A stretch of 64,000 nucleotides of DNA from Candidatus Obscuribacteraceae bacterium. Lineage in GTDB: Bacteria > Cyanobacteriota > Vampirovibrionia > Obscuribacterales > Obscuribacteraceae. This document shows, piece by piece, positions 49,969-60,230 of this stretch; the stretch's first letter is position 1; each line of letters begins with the position of its first letter. The DNA lies in assembly GCA_044226015.1 (NCBI GenBank), contig JBGAHS010000008.1, positions 480,001 through 544,000 of the forward strand. Reading direction: 5' to 3'. The notes below the pieces were generated by a model, which searched no databases, was not told where the DNA came from, and worked only from the letters and a program-made list of their open reading frames with translations. Both the position numbers and the translations under genes were made by a program.

Positions 49969-50193
49969 ATGAGCGGCGATAAAATCGAACATACCAGAGC
50001 ATCAGTGCTTTCACCTCGCGAGGAAGCGATGCTGGAAAATATGGTAAAAGAAGTCTTCAACGGCGCAGTAGAACAACCCTGGAATGCGATTGCTAAAGGA
50101 CTGAACAAAATCGCTGGCACTCATTTGCCAGAGCTTCACTTGACGGGGGCTCCCGAAAAGCCGCCCAGCACGGTAAAGTTCATCAAAGCATAA
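49969..50193 (+). CDS. Small hypothetical protein (74 aa)
   Basis: ATG with upstream AGGT, plausible composition, followed immediately by a strong terminator hairpin. Confidence 0.55.
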   Translation: MSGDKIEHTRASVLSPREEAMLENMVKEVFNGAVEQPWNAIAKGLNKIAGTHLPELHLTGAPEKPPSTVKFIKA

Positions 50194-50203
50194 GTGCCTC
50201 GTG

Positions 50204-50270
50204 AAGTCCGAAGTCGCAGGCACCTGCACCCCTGCTCGCCGGTGCCTGTGACTTCGGACTTTTATATTTT
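50204..50270 (+). terminator. Long hairpin / rho-independent terminator
   Basis: AAGTCCGAAGTCGCAGGCACC-(16 nt)-GGTGCCTGTGACTTCGGACTT (21 bp, one G.U on the + strand) followed by TTATATTTT. Confidence 0.75.
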
Positions 50271-50507
50271 GGAGTTCTGGCTTAGAAACTTTTTCGACTT
50301 AGAACTTGGAACTGGGGACACTGGAACTTGGGAGGAACTTGGACTCAGGGTCCGAAATCAAAGGACCAGAACAAGAATCCAAGTCTGAATTCTAGAGCCT
50401 GAGTCGAATCCCAGAAATCTAGAGTCTGATTCTGAGTCGAAATCCAGTGCTAAGTTGCAAGTCTTGGATTTTGGAGCTTAAACTTGGCATTTACGGCTAT
50501 TAAGAGA

Positions 50508-53249
50508 TTAGCTCTTCTCACACGCTGCGAGCATCAACTTCACGAGGAGAAATTGCGGCACGCGCAAAGCCCGCTTGTCATAGTTTTCCCGGCAAAGACC
50601 AATTTTTTTGTCTGACTCTTTCAGAAATTCACGAGCACGTTGTATTTGCCCTTGTGATAGAAAGTACTTTCCGAGTTCTGCTTGCAGGGCTGCCTTTGCG
50701 GCCCCGGTCCTTTCATTAACAACAGCAGGAGCATCTAACAAGCCCAAAGCAAGATCTTCCTTTCCGCAAACCATGAGAACTCTCATGTACTCTCTTGCGC
50801 AATTATAATTATCATCTCGTCCTACACCATCGATTTGGATGAGATTGCTAAAACAATTACCGGCAACTTTCAGACAAATCTCCTCCATCTTGCTGTAGCC
50901 AGCCGAGGGATCTATCAATGAAACCTTATGATAGAGTTCGGCCAACTCCACAGCAACAAAAACATCAAACCCGCTGATATTCTTTTTCCTAATATCTCCG
51001 TACTTGGCTAACTCGACCAGGCATTCTTTTGCGAAATCATTTTGACCAGCGAGAAGCGCATACTTAGCAAGACTGAGATTCATACGGATCTGGTAATCGA
51101 TGTACCACTTTTTCACCGAGGAGTCGGTAGTTTCATTTAGTTCATAAAACTGCGCCCTATACTTGAGAGCCTGCTTCAAATCACCAGCATACATAGCACT
51201 TACGGCTAGCCCTACAAGACAGGCTGACTTAGATTTGGCATAATCAGACTCACCATGTTTCCAGAGCTCACACGAGCGGAGGGCTTCATCGGCGCACCGT
51301 ACAGCCAGAACTTTGTTATTCAGCTCAATCGCCATTTGAGAATAGAAAAGCAAAGAATCATATTTTGTAATGCGGCTCTTACCGATGTTCTGATCCAAGT
51401 TATGAAAGCTCTTGATCAAGTTATCTTGTATCTCCAAGCCCGAACTCATCTGAGAGTCAAAACACTTTTGAGCTAACTTGTAATCCAAATACCTGATTCG
51501 AGAGATGGCAGCACCCCGTAGACTCAACTCCTGCTCTCTATGAAAGTGCTTGAAACCCAACAACCCTGATATTTTGCTTACACTTTTGCCTTCGCTTGAG
51601 CGCAGCTGACTTGCAGGATCAAACTGCTGAATGTTCGCAAGATAATATTTCAATGCTCCACTAGTATTCTTACAACAGAGTTCAGCATCTCCCTTGGCCA
51701 AGTTGAAGAAGCCCAAAACTACTTGATCAACATTGATCAACTCAGCATACTTCGATGAAAAGACTCGCAAATGCTCCCTTACATAGTCATAGTCTCCAAC
51801 CTGCAACATAGCCAAAGACACGCCTAGCACACCGTCTTTGAATACGATTGCATCTTGAAACTTCAGACAATAATCAAAAATCGCCTGTCCGTACTCTCTT
51901 ACAATTTGCCAGTCTTCGGACTCCACCGCACTATTTACTCGATCGCGCAAGACGCGATATTTGAGAACATTGTCCTGATTGGAACTTTTTAGGTTTGTCA
52001 GTGCAACGACAACCCTTTGCCACCATTGACGAGAGTCAGGAAACATTTTTCTTTTGCTATAGGCGTCAGCAATTAGCTGCAGCATCTGAATTTTGTCCGA
52101 TGGCATACAGAGGGGATCTTTGTCGTATTGATCAACCCACTTCTTTGCCAACTCAATGCGGAGAGTCAAATCATCTTCCTGAGACAAGAGTTTTGCCATT
52201 GCGACGTACTGCCTGGGCAAAACCGATGGAAGATGCGACTGCTGATTGCTCACATTCGTGAGCTTGACCGATTCAGTTTTTCGAAACCAGAAAAAGGCGG
52301 CTACTGAAGCTAAGGCAACAACAACTAGAACTGCCGTCAAGTAAAGCCCCAGAGCAGGGCGTGCATCCAGCTTATCTTTCTCGAAGACATGAGCTGATGG
52401 ATCATCAAGCAGTGCCTGCCAAGCATTCGCTACTTCTTCCATCGATGCCATTCTGTCTATCGGATTTTTTTGCAACATCTTCAAGAGAACAGCTATGACT
52501 CCCGCAGGAACTCTGTTTCGAATGAGCGTCATGCGCGGAGAAGGGTCTTCGCTGGCATGCTTGAACAAGACACCAATAGCGGCGTCAGCATCAAATAAGA
52601 ACTGACCAGACATCAGTTCGTAGGCGATACAAGCCAGAGCATAAATGTCGCTTCGTTCGTTAGCCTTTGATTTGGTCAATTCGGGACTCATATAGTTTGC
52701 ACTGCCGATTAGCTGACCAGTCAAAGTCAACTTCTGTAAATCGTCCGTGTCGAACATTGCTTTTGAAAGACCGAAATCAACTAACTTGATTGTGTCTGGC
52801 TCAGGCTTCTGTAAAATCATCACATTATCAGGCTTCAAGTCACGATGTACAACAAGCTCAGAGTGCGCATATTCCATGGCGTTCGCGATTTGAATAACTA
52901 TTCTTGCCACTCGCTGCCAGGCAAGAGAATTTTCGCGAATTAAAACACTGCGCAAACTCTCGCCTTCGATGAATTCGCAGACCGCATACGGAACATTATC
53001 TCCATCAAGGGCAAGTCCATAGATGGTCATAATATTTGGATGAGAGAGTTTCGATAAAAGCTTAAACTCACGGTAAAACCGTTCCTGCCCTTCCTCACTT
53101 AGTTCTTCACTTCGCAGCAACTTTAATGCAACGAATCGCCCAGCATCAGTTTGCTCCGCCTTGTAGACAGTGCCCATACCACCAGCACCAAGCTCAGAGA
53201 TGATCTTGTACCTGTTCTGAAAAATTTCGCCAACTAAGAGTTTGCGCAT
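50508..53249 (-). CDS. Membrane Ser/Thr protein kinase (Hanks type) with C-terminal TPR-like helical domain
   Basis: LGAGGMGTVY, VALK, HRDLKPDN, DFG, YMSPE; TM LGLYLTAVLVVVALASVAAFFWF. ATG at 53249 (MRKLLVGE) preferred over the TTG at 53303. Confidence 0.9.
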   Translation of the reverse strand: MRKLLVGEIFQNRYKIISELGAGGMGTVYKAEQTDAGRFVALKLLRSEELSEEGQERFYREFKLLSKLSHPNIMTIYGLALDGDNVPYAVCEFIEGESLRSVLIRENSLAWQRVARIVIQIANAMEYAHSELVVHRDLKPDNVMILQKPEPDTIKLVDFGLSKAMFDTDDLQKLTLTGQLIGSANYMSPELTKSKANERSDIYALACIAYELMSGQFLFDADAAIGVLFKHASEDPSPRMTLIRNRVPAGVIAVLLKMLQKNPIDRMASMEEVANAWQALLDDPSAHVFEKDKLDARPALGLYLTAVLVVVALASVAAFFWFRKTESVKLTNVSNQQSHLPSVLPRQYVAMAKLLSQEDDLTLRIELAKKWVDQYDKDPLCMPSDKIQMLQLIADAYSKRKMFPDSRQWWQRVVVALTNLKSSNQDNVLKYRVLRDRVNSAVESEDWQIVREYGQAIFDYCLKFQDAIVFKDGVLGVSLAMLQVGDYDYVREHLRVFSSKYAELINVDQVVLGFFNLAKGDAELCCKNTSGALKYYLANIQQFDPASQLRSSEGKSVSKISGLLGFKHFHREQELSLRGAAISRIRYLDYKLAQKCFDSQMSSGLEIQDNLIKSFHNLDQNIGKSRITKYDSLLFYSQMAIELNNKVLAVRCADEALRSCELWKHGESDYAKSKSACLVGLAVSAMYAGDLKQALKYRAQFYELNETTDSSVKKWYIDYQIRMNLSLAKYALLAGQNDFAKECLVELAKYGDIRKKNISGFDVFVAVELAELYHKVSLIDPSAGYSKMEEICLKVAGNCFSNLIQIDGVGRDDNYNCAREYMRVLMVCGKEDLALGLLDAPAVVNERTGAAKAALQAELGKYFLSQGQIQRAREFLKESDKKIGLCRENYDKRALRVPQFLLVKLMLAACEKS

Positions 53250-53529
53250 TTTTTCTGGAGCCCCCCCGAAACGAGCATACCACTGGTGCCTTATAAGCAG
53301 CAATGGTGCCCTTCTTTACGAGTTCTCTGAGTTGATCATGGCGAGGTTCAAGACAGGTAGATACAATATCTGCCACTTGGTACTCTTATGCTCGCGGATT
53401 GCAACAGTCCAAATGCGTTCCAGTTATGCGAATTAGAGCATGCACAGGTTCTGTATCCCAGATCGCAGCGGTTAGATTTCTGCATTTATTGGTAGGAATA
53501 GCATGTACTAGCTTTTCGAGGTTAGAAAA

Positions 53530-54579
53530 GTGGCACTCCAACGGCTCAATAAATTTGCTTTGTTTAGTTCGGCAACACTGCGAAGCCTTTTCTGCTCTGC
53601 AAGCATGGTTTTATTGCTCTCTGCCAGCTTGAGCGCCTGCGGCCCCAAGCCTGACGCAGAGAAGGCTGATGACGACACCGAAACCAGCACGAAAGCAGCT
53701 AGCGAAGAAGAAGTCGAAGACCTCGAAGACACTTCCTCGAAGAAGTCTCACGAACCGAAAAAACGCTTGAGCACGGAAGGCAAGCATACAGGCGAGATGG
53801 TTGATGGTTATGAAATTGAGCAGCGCAATGAATTTCTTGGACCAACGACCTTGAAAGTAAGTAAGTATGGCGCAAGACTGGAGTCGCCAAACTTGACCTG
53901 CATTATTCTTCCCGGAAAAGAAGCTATGGCTTACAATCCCGACAACGGAAATTCGATGCAATTAACATCGCGAAGTGCAGCAATGCTTGCGGGAAAACGT
54001 CCAAACGAAGGACCATCAGTAGAAGTTACAGAAAAGAGCAAAACATCCGACTTGATTGCAGACATGAAATGCAGCCGCTATGTCGTTCACAAACTCTTTT
54101 TAAGAAAAAGATTGAGGAAGGGCGAAGCAGTTCCTGACAGCAAAGGAAAAACCGCAAAGGAACTAAAGAAAGATGGCTGGAGAGAAGAGTGGAGCACCGA
54201 AATTTGGGCTACCAAAGAACTTAAAGTGCCACCACAGGTTATGAAAGATTGTGCACGACTAACTATGATGCCGCCCGACCTGGGCTTTCCTATGCGCATC
54301 GAAAAAATGAATGCCGCAGTCACTCTTGAGCAAAATGGTAGCGTGGCGAACACCCAACATGTAGCAAGTCGAATCAAATCAAAATATGTAATTGACACAA
54401 GCAAGGTCAAGCCAGCAAAGTTCGACAAGGGAGATTTTGCCCACCTTGATGGATACAAGGAAGTCAAAGACGAAATGGCGCTCATGATGAGCGGGGATGA
54501 GTCTGAGCTTGAAGATATCGGAATGGATGACGAAAGCCCAAAATCCAAGAAAAAGTCTACGACCGCGCCTGAAGACTAA
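53530..54579 (+). CDS. Lipoprotein, DUF4412-like domain
   Basis: Lipobox LSAC after a hydrophobic stretch, acidic linker, then IAxxxCxxY / EIWAT / GFPMRI pattern typical of DUF4412-like proteins. Confidence 0.65.
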   Translation: MALQRLNKFALFSSATLRSLFCSASMVLLLSASLSACGPKPDAEKADDDTETSTKAASEEEVEDLEDTSSKKSHEPKKRLSTEGKHTGEMVDGYEIEQRNEFLGPTTLKVSKYGARLESPNLTCIILPGKEAMAYNPDNGNSMQLTSRSAAMLAGKRPNEGPSVEVTEKSKTSDLIADMKCSRYVVHKLFLRKRLRKGEAVPDSKGKTAKELKKDGWREEWSTEIWATKELKVPPQVMKDCARLTMMPPDLGFPMRIEKMNAAVTLEQNGSVANTQHVASRIKSKYVIDTSKVKPAKFDKGDFAHLDGYKEVKDEMALMMSGDESELEDIGMDDESPKSKKKSTTAPED

Positions 54580-54725
54580 TAGCGCAAGTGAACGGCGATG
54601 GCCACATGCATGCGTTCCTCAATTAATCTGCCTATGAGAGTTTTCTTTGACACTCTCAGTCAAATTCACATCTCGAAACCTAGACAAGAAAAGCTTCTCT
54701 GCGCCATTCTCAAGCAAAGTGATGC

Positions 54726-55101
54726 AGTCCAATTCAAGAACTACACCGGTACCGTTGCAGTTTTCCTAAAGCCACAGTGCTTTGAGCGGCGCTCGTTTCG
54801 ACGATGATCAGAAAAACACTTGTGAATATCTTCGCCAAGAAATTAGCAGTCCAATTTCAGAAACTGCACCGGTACCGTTGCAGTTTTCCAAAATTCTAAG
54901 ACCTTTGGTAGCAGGTGGTTTCGCCAGGAATCAGAAAAACACAAGAGATCTATTACTGTAAGAAAAACAATAGTCCAATCAAAAGACTGCGCCGGTACCG
55001 GCGCAGTTTCTAAAAGCGCCGATTCGTTTGGTAGGAGGGCGTTTTATGCCCAAGCAGAAAAAGCACCAAGAATATCTTCGAAAAAGCTTCCCAGTCCAAT
55101 T
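54726..55101. repeat. Three ~123-bp direct repeats, each with a central GGTACC palindrome, plus a partial fourth start
   Basis: AGTCCAAT at 54726, 54848, 54972, 55093. GGTACC centres at 54748, 54871, 54994. CAGAAAAA(G)CAC in each unit. Confidence 0.85.
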
Positions 55102-55154
55102 TAACCATTTACCAAAAGAGAAAATTTGAAGGTCGACTGTGAGAGCTAAGCATT

Positions 55155-55997
55155 TTACTGCTCCCGCAGATTGGTCATTTCTGCCGCAATGCAAGCGGCA
55201 ATGCAAGCTGCATTGGAAGCAGCCTCTCTGACTGCTGGAATTATTTCGCCTTTTTCCAGGGTGCCGAGATACTCATTATTTGAAATACCTCGAACCGCTA
55301 AGAATGGGACTCGATGCTTCGCCGCAATCTGTGCGACAAATGCGCTTTCCATATCTTCGCAGTCCACTCCAAATTCCGCGCGAATGAAATCCAGCTCGCG
55401 CTTATCCTTCGTCCACCCATCCTGCGAACCTAGACAAGCGAAAACTGCTTTAGGAACACGACGGCTTTGCGCCGCCGGCCAGCCTGCAGCTGACCATGCT
55501 TGCAGCTTAGGCATCGCCTTTTCCAGCGCGACTGCAGACACCCCGAGCAGATTGCCGTCCGCTTCCAATTGTTCGACATGCACTCCCTCACCGTCCTGTG
55601 AAAATCTTATTCCTTTATTCGACAATAACAAAGACTTCCTGGCTTCCAAAATAGAAGGCGAACATAACGGCTTATAGGAGCGCCCTATCACAATATCACC
55701 GGGCATAAGCTCGGGATTCATTGCCCCAGCAGAGCCGGAATGTAGCACCGCATCTGGTGCAAATGACATAAGACGCTCAGTGGCAGCAGCAGCATTGGCA
55801 GGACCAATATATGACACGATGAATAACAATTCCACTCCCTGATGACTCGCAGAATACCACTCCCAGGGGTGCTTTTCTATCAGATGCAAGCCAGGAAAGT
55901 GACCAAAATAAGCTTGGAGCTCAATCTTCGTAGGAATTACAAAACCTACCCTCACTGACTTTCTTTTTTCAATTAGCGAAGAAGATTCAGTCAACAA
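55155..55997 (-). CDS. MTA/SAH nucleosidase / futalosine hydrolase family (PNP_UDP_1) protein
   Basis: IGPANAA, SGSAGAM..LxPGDIVI, DMESAFVAQIA, FLAVRGISN motifs. Confidence 0.85.
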   Translation of the reverse strand: MLTESSSLIEKRKSVRVGFVIPTKIELQAYFGHFPGLHLIEKHPWEWYSASHQGVELLFIVSYIGPANAAAATERLMSFAPDAVLHSGSAGAMNPELMPGDIVIGRSYKPLCSPSILEARKSLLLSNKGIRFSQDGEGVHVEQLEADGNLLGVSAVALEKAMPKLQAWSAAGWPAAQSRRVPKAVFACLGSQDGWTKDKRELDFIRAEFGVDCEDMESAFVAQIAAKHRVPFLAVRGISNNEYLGTLEKGEIIPAVREAASNAACIAACIAAEMTNLREQ

Positions 55998-56009
55998 AAA
56001 TACCCCTTA

Positions 56010-58109
56010 CTAATGGGTAATTGAATTTGCTTGCTCATGAAGTTCAATGGCTCTGAAAATATCGCCACAATTCCATGAAGCCACTGCATATCCATCAAGA
56101 AAATGCTGCATCAATTCCGCATCGTGAGAGAATTTGTTCTTGGCATAGCTATATGCTTTCAGGTAATAAACTCTGGCCTGATTGTAGTTTTTTAGTTCCG
56201 AATTGGTAGATGCAAGAACGAGAGAAAGCTCTTTCAAAATAGGTTTGTATTTATCTGAATGCAGACTAGCAAGCACACGCTCAGCAGCATCATATTTCAT
56301 TTTTGCCGTCGAATACTCGCCGTTAAATCTATAGATGTCCCCCATCAAAGCCGCAAGAATAGCGGACTCACGAGTATTAGTACCACCATTATTTACAATG
56401 TCCTCCGCATGCTGGTACTGCGTTAGAGCCAGGTCTCTGTATGATTTAGGGTTGGCTTGTTTTTCAGCTATTAGCTCAAAAACACTTCCCAAAAGAATGT
56501 ACGGCTTGGCGCTCATTGCCATTTTTAATTTTTCGCGCAAGATTTCGCATTTTTGCAAATACTTATTTGCTTCATCAAGGTTGCCCTGATAATACATGCC
56601 TTCTGCGTAGGGCTCTGCCAATTCAATAAAATTCAGGTCTTCATCCATACCCAACCGCTCATATATTTCCATCGCAGAACGGCGAGCCGAAAGTTCTTCA
56701 CCTGTAGCCCCAAGCCTGGCACAGTTCTTCGCCAGCCGCACATACTGCTCAGCAGTGTGCACTGATATCTCCTGATGGACAAGCTTTGAAAAATGGCTTG
56801 CCAAACGCCCGCCATCGAGATCGTGCTGTATTTCTTCAGGTGCCAAATTCGCAGTCTTCTTCTTCGGCTTGAGATACTCCATCCAGTGAGTTGGTGCCGC
56901 TGCGATTTTTCTACTCTCGAAGAACCAGGAACATTTCGACCATGCGTAACTTGAGGCGCCAACCAGTAATAAAACCAAAAAGGAATACAAAAGGACGGTT
57001 TTGGGTGTAGCGCGCAAAAATCGAAGAAAGCTACGCTGCTGACGTGCGATACCAGATTCAATACCAATTTTAAGACCGGTACTGCGCATTCCAGAATCTA
57101 AACTTGCCAGCACAGCATTAACGTCTTTTTCAAAAGCTCCCATGGTCTGATAGCGCTTATCAGGGTCTTTCTCAAGAGCTTTGAAAACAATGGTATCAAG
57201 TCGATTTAGCAAGTTTTTGTCAAGATCAGGAATAACCAGCGATGCAGGAATCTCGCTGATATGCTTATGAAAAGTCTCAAAAACATTGTTGCCCATGTGA
57301 GGCGGAGTACCGCCCAGAGTCTCGTACAAAACGCAGCCAATAGCGTAAACGTCCGAGCGAACATCGACCGTACGACCCATACACTGCTCGGGACTCATGT
57401 ACATCGGGCTGCCAAAAATATCACCTGTCTGCGTCAGGCGATGAGCAGCTTCACCCTCTTGAGGAAGTATTTTTGCAATACCAAAATCAACGATTTTCAC
57501 CAGTGGTGGCTCACCTTCTTTATGCAAGAGCATGATGTTGCTTGGTTTCAAATCGCGGTGTATTACACCCTTTTGATGCGCGTGTTCAAGTGCATTGCAA
57601 ACTTGAGAGAAGATTTGCAGAGTCTCTTTAACAGGAACTCGACCATGAGCCTTTATTCGCTCAGATAGTGACTCCCCCTCCAGATAATCCATGACGATGT
57701 AAGGCTTGGAGTCTTCACCGCCAGTGATACCAAATTGATAAACCTTAACCACATTTGGATGTTCAAGAGCAATCGTGGCTTGCGCTTCCTGCTTAAATCG
57801 CATCAACGCATTCGTGTCACTGGCAAGATGCGCATGCATGGTCTTAACAGCTACAACTTTATTCAAGACCACCCAATGAGCTTTGTAGACCACAGACATG
57901 CCGCCTTTTCCAAGAATGTCCGTGATTCTAAATTTGTCATCGATAATCTGTCCGATAAGTGAGCGCTCAATTCTTTCGGCGCTCATTTCCATATCCAGGC
58001 TTGAATCAACTAAATTAGCAAGTTCCAGACTCACCAATGACGGCACAGTTCCACCATCATCGACCAATGGTCTGCGCTTTTCATTATCAGACGAGTCATC
58101 TGCTTGCAT
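56010..58109 (-). CDS. Membrane Ser/Thr protein kinase (Hanks type) with C-terminal TPR repeats
   Basis: LGKGGMSVVY, VAVK, HRDLKPSN, DFG, GSPMYMSPEQ; TM VLLYSFLVLLLVGASSYAW; TPR helices. Confidence 0.92.
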   Translation of the reverse strand: MQADDSSDNEKRRPLVDDGGTVPSLVSLELANLVDSSLDMEMSAERIERSLIGQIIDDKFRITDILGKGGMSVVYKAHWVVLNKVVAVKTMHAHLASDTNALMRFKQEAQATIALEHPNVVKVYQFGITGGEDSKPYIVMDYLEGESLSERIKAHGRVPVKETLQIFSQVCNALEHAHQKGVIHRDLKPSNIMLLHKEGEPPLVKIVDFGIAKILPQEGEAAHRLTQTGDIFGSPMYMSPEQCMGRTVDVRSDVYAIGCVLYETLGGTPPHMGNNVFETFHKHISEIPASLVIPDLDKNLLNRLDTIVFKALEKDPDKRYQTMGAFEKDVNAVLASLDSGMRSTGLKIGIESGIARQQRSFLRFLRATPKTVLLYSFLVLLLVGASSYAWSKCSWFFESRKIAAAPTHWMEYLKPKKKTANLAPEEIQHDLDGGRLASHFSKLVHQEISVHTAEQYVRLAKNCARLGATGEELSARRSAMEIYERLGMDEDLNFIELAEPYAEGMYYQGNLDEANKYLQKCEILREKLKMAMSAKPYILLGSVFELIAEKQANPKSYRDLALTQYQHAEDIVNNGGTNTRESAILAALMGDIYRFNGEYSTAKMKYDAAERVLASLHSDKYKPILKELSLVLASTNSELKNYNQARVYYLKAYSYAKNKFSHDAELMQHFLDGYAVASWNCGDIFRAIELHEQANSITH

Positions 58110-58146
58110 TTAGTAAGCTCCAGCCCCTGGAACCATCGTATCGCGT

Positions 58147-59115
58147 CTACTGTTGCTGCTGTTCTTGCTGTTGTTTCAACTGCTGAATCTGTTCATCTAT
58201 ATTCCCAGAAAACACAGGAATATTAAGTGCTTCGGTTTTCTCAGCCGCCAGTTCTGTCGGAATCGACTCTAGCTGCTCGGACTCCACGACTACATCTATG
58301 TCTTCAGCCCCTTCACCTTTGTATACACCTTTATTCGGAGGTACGTCCTGGTAGTTTCGACCAACAGCCACCTTAACAAAGTTCTCTCCCACCACGCAGT
58401 TATTGGTCGGGTCGATGCCGACCCAGCCGACCGAAGGAATGTAGATTTCAATCCACGCGTGGGTTTGAGCATAGCCACGAAATCTTTGCTTATCTGGATG
58501 GATATAACCGCTCACATAACGCGCCGGTATATTCAGCGCACGAGCTAAGCCCAAGAGAAGGTGCGTAAAGTCCTGACAGACGCCTCGTCGATGTTCAAGA
58601 ATCTCAGTGATTGGGCTGGCAGCAGTAGTCACGCCCTTTTCGTAGGTGAACTCTTCATCAACAGTGCGAAGCATAGCAAGCGCTAAATCGCCCAGCTTTA
58701 TGCCGCCATTTTTTGGAGCTTTATCAACTAACTGGGCAGCAAGATCACGCAAGAGAGGCGTGTCCACCACCGGACCGCCGAACTGCAAGAAGTCATAAAG
58801 CGTGTAATCCCAAACAGTTTCTCCAGTCCACTCATCGGGAAGTCTGTGCAAATCAACTGTGTACTGGTTCGTCTCTACGACACTTGTGGCAATAATCTGT
58901 ATTTTGTTGTGCAAAGCATTGATAGAAAATGCGTGAACAGAATTGCCCAACCAATCAAAGTAACTCTTAACATTCGAGGCAGGACCTATCGCCAGGCTGA
59001 ACGAAAGGCGATGTTGATGAGCTTCTTGTCGGGGTGCCATTCTCAATTCCATCACCGATTCGTTGATGTAATCGGAATACAAAAGGTCTGTCTGATGTTT
59101 TATAGATAAAAGCAT
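58147..59115 (-). CDS. Transglutaminase-like protein (Bact_transglu_N + transglutaminase core)
   Basis: Catalytic triad GVCQDFTH / HAWIE / IDPTN, PARYVSGY, VAVGRNYQDVPP; poly-Gln C-terminus. Confidence 0.92.
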   Translation of the reverse strand: MLLSIKHQTDLLYSDYINESVMELRMAPRQEAHQHRLSFSLAIGPASNVKSYFDWLGNSVHAFSINALHNKIQIIATSVVETNQYTVDLHRLPDEWTGETVWDYTLYDFLQFGGPVVDTPLLRDLAAQLVDKAPKNGGIKLGDLALAMLRTVDEEFTYEKGVTTAASPITEILEHRRGVCQDFTHLLLGLARALNIPARYVSGYIHPDKQRFRGYAQTHAWIEIYIPSVGWVGIDPTNNCVVGENFVKVAVGRNYQDVPPNKGVYKGEGAEDIDVVVESEQLESIPTELAAEKTEALNIPVFSGNIDEQIQQLKQQQEQQQQ

Positions 59116-59124
59116 AATTTCACT

Positions 59125-60228
59125 TTAGTGCAGGAAGTAGGAACGTTGAATGGCTGAGGCTGCCTGTCCGGTGTTTTCGAGAATTTGCCGCAGAACGTAT
59201 TTTAGCCCGGCGCCACCAAATTCACGCGACTCAGCGTACTCGAGCTGAGAACTCAAGCGACCCAAAACGCGCTCAGCGTGGTCAATCTCCAAAGGATGAA
59301 CAGCCATTGCAATACCGGCAACAGCATCTTGAGCTTGCTTCACACAGTAACGAATAGAGCGAGGAGATTCTTTATCAAGAATCAGAAATGCAGCCAGTCT
59401 TTGCGGGTCAAGGTCTCCAACGTGCCTTCGACGAAATGCTTCAATTGAACTACACGCACGCAAGACAGCCATCCATCTGATGTTGTTCAATGGTGTTTCC
59501 AACACACTTTCGCCCCTGAGAATGTCGAACTTTGCCTCGATAGTTCGACAAGTCATATCGACGCGTTCTAAATATTTCGCCAGCTGGATAAACTGCCAAC
59601 CTTGACCGTGAGGCAAAGTTTGGTCCGATACACCCTGAAACAACATTGAACCCATCATCACAGACTGGAATATTTGTTGAGGGCTCTCTTCTAATCGCTG
59701 CCTCGCATCATCTGCGAGTAACGACCAATACAGCGTGTTCAGAGTCTCCCACATCTCAGCGGAAATTGACTCACGAATACTTCTTGCATTTTCACGTGCT
59801 TTAGTAAGGCAATTGATCAGGCTGTTTCGATTTCGCGAATCGAAAGTCATAAAATCGCATACACGCTGACCTATATTTCCGCCCGAATGCGAAAGCACTT
59901 GCTGACCTTCAGGCGTATTCTCCAGTCGCAAAATTCGAAATACACCCTGATATTCCTTCTCTTGCATGGAATGAGCAAGTTCACCAAGGTCCATCAACAT
60001 GTTGTAGTTGACCCACACCACACGAGCCACGTGCTCGGCACGCTCCATGTAACGACTCATCCAATACATAGATTCGGCTACACGAGCTAACATCGGACGC
60101 CCCGTCGGACTGCGAGGAACGCGCCGCTCGCTGACCATAGAAACTAGAGTAGGCGCAGACTGAGTAGTCATTGCCCACTCTTCTTTTTTGAAATTGCCTT
60201 TTTTGTTTTCTGTTTCTGCTTCCGGCAC
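59125..60228 (-). CDS. Alpha-E domain protein (DUF403)
   Basis: MLARVAESMYWMSRYMERAE, ARENARSIRE.IS.EMWE.LN, KYLERVD, PRSI. The true start may be an internal ATG. Confidence 0.9.
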   Translation of the reverse strand: MPEAETENKKGNFKKEEWAMTTQSAPTLVSMVSERRVPRSPTGRPMLARVAESMYWMSRYMERAEHVARVVWVNYNMLMDLGELAHSMQEKEYQGVFRILRLENTPEGQQVLSHSGGNIGQRVCDFMTFDSRNRNSLINCLTKARENARSIRESISAEMWETLNTLYWSLLADDARQRLEESPQQIFQSVMMGSMLFQGVSDQTLPHGQGWQFIQLAKYLERVDMTCRTIEAKFDILRGESVLETPLNNIRWMAVLRACSSIEAFRRRHVGDLDPQRLAAFLILDKESPRSIRYCVKQAQDAVAGIAMAVHPLEIDHAERVLGRLSSQLEYAESREFGGAGLKYVLRQILENTGQAASAIQRSYFLH

Positions 60229-60230
60229 GA

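Noticed and set aside
50270..50490. Degenerate hexamer-like repeats (GGAACT/GAACTT/GAGTC) and ORF 50194-50388
   Set aside because: Low-complexity intergenic filler after a terminator; no consistent unit or coding signal.
54726..55101. CRISPR array
   Set aside because: The ~80-bp inter-palindrome segments are homologous to each other, the repeats are degenerate, and there are no cas genes.
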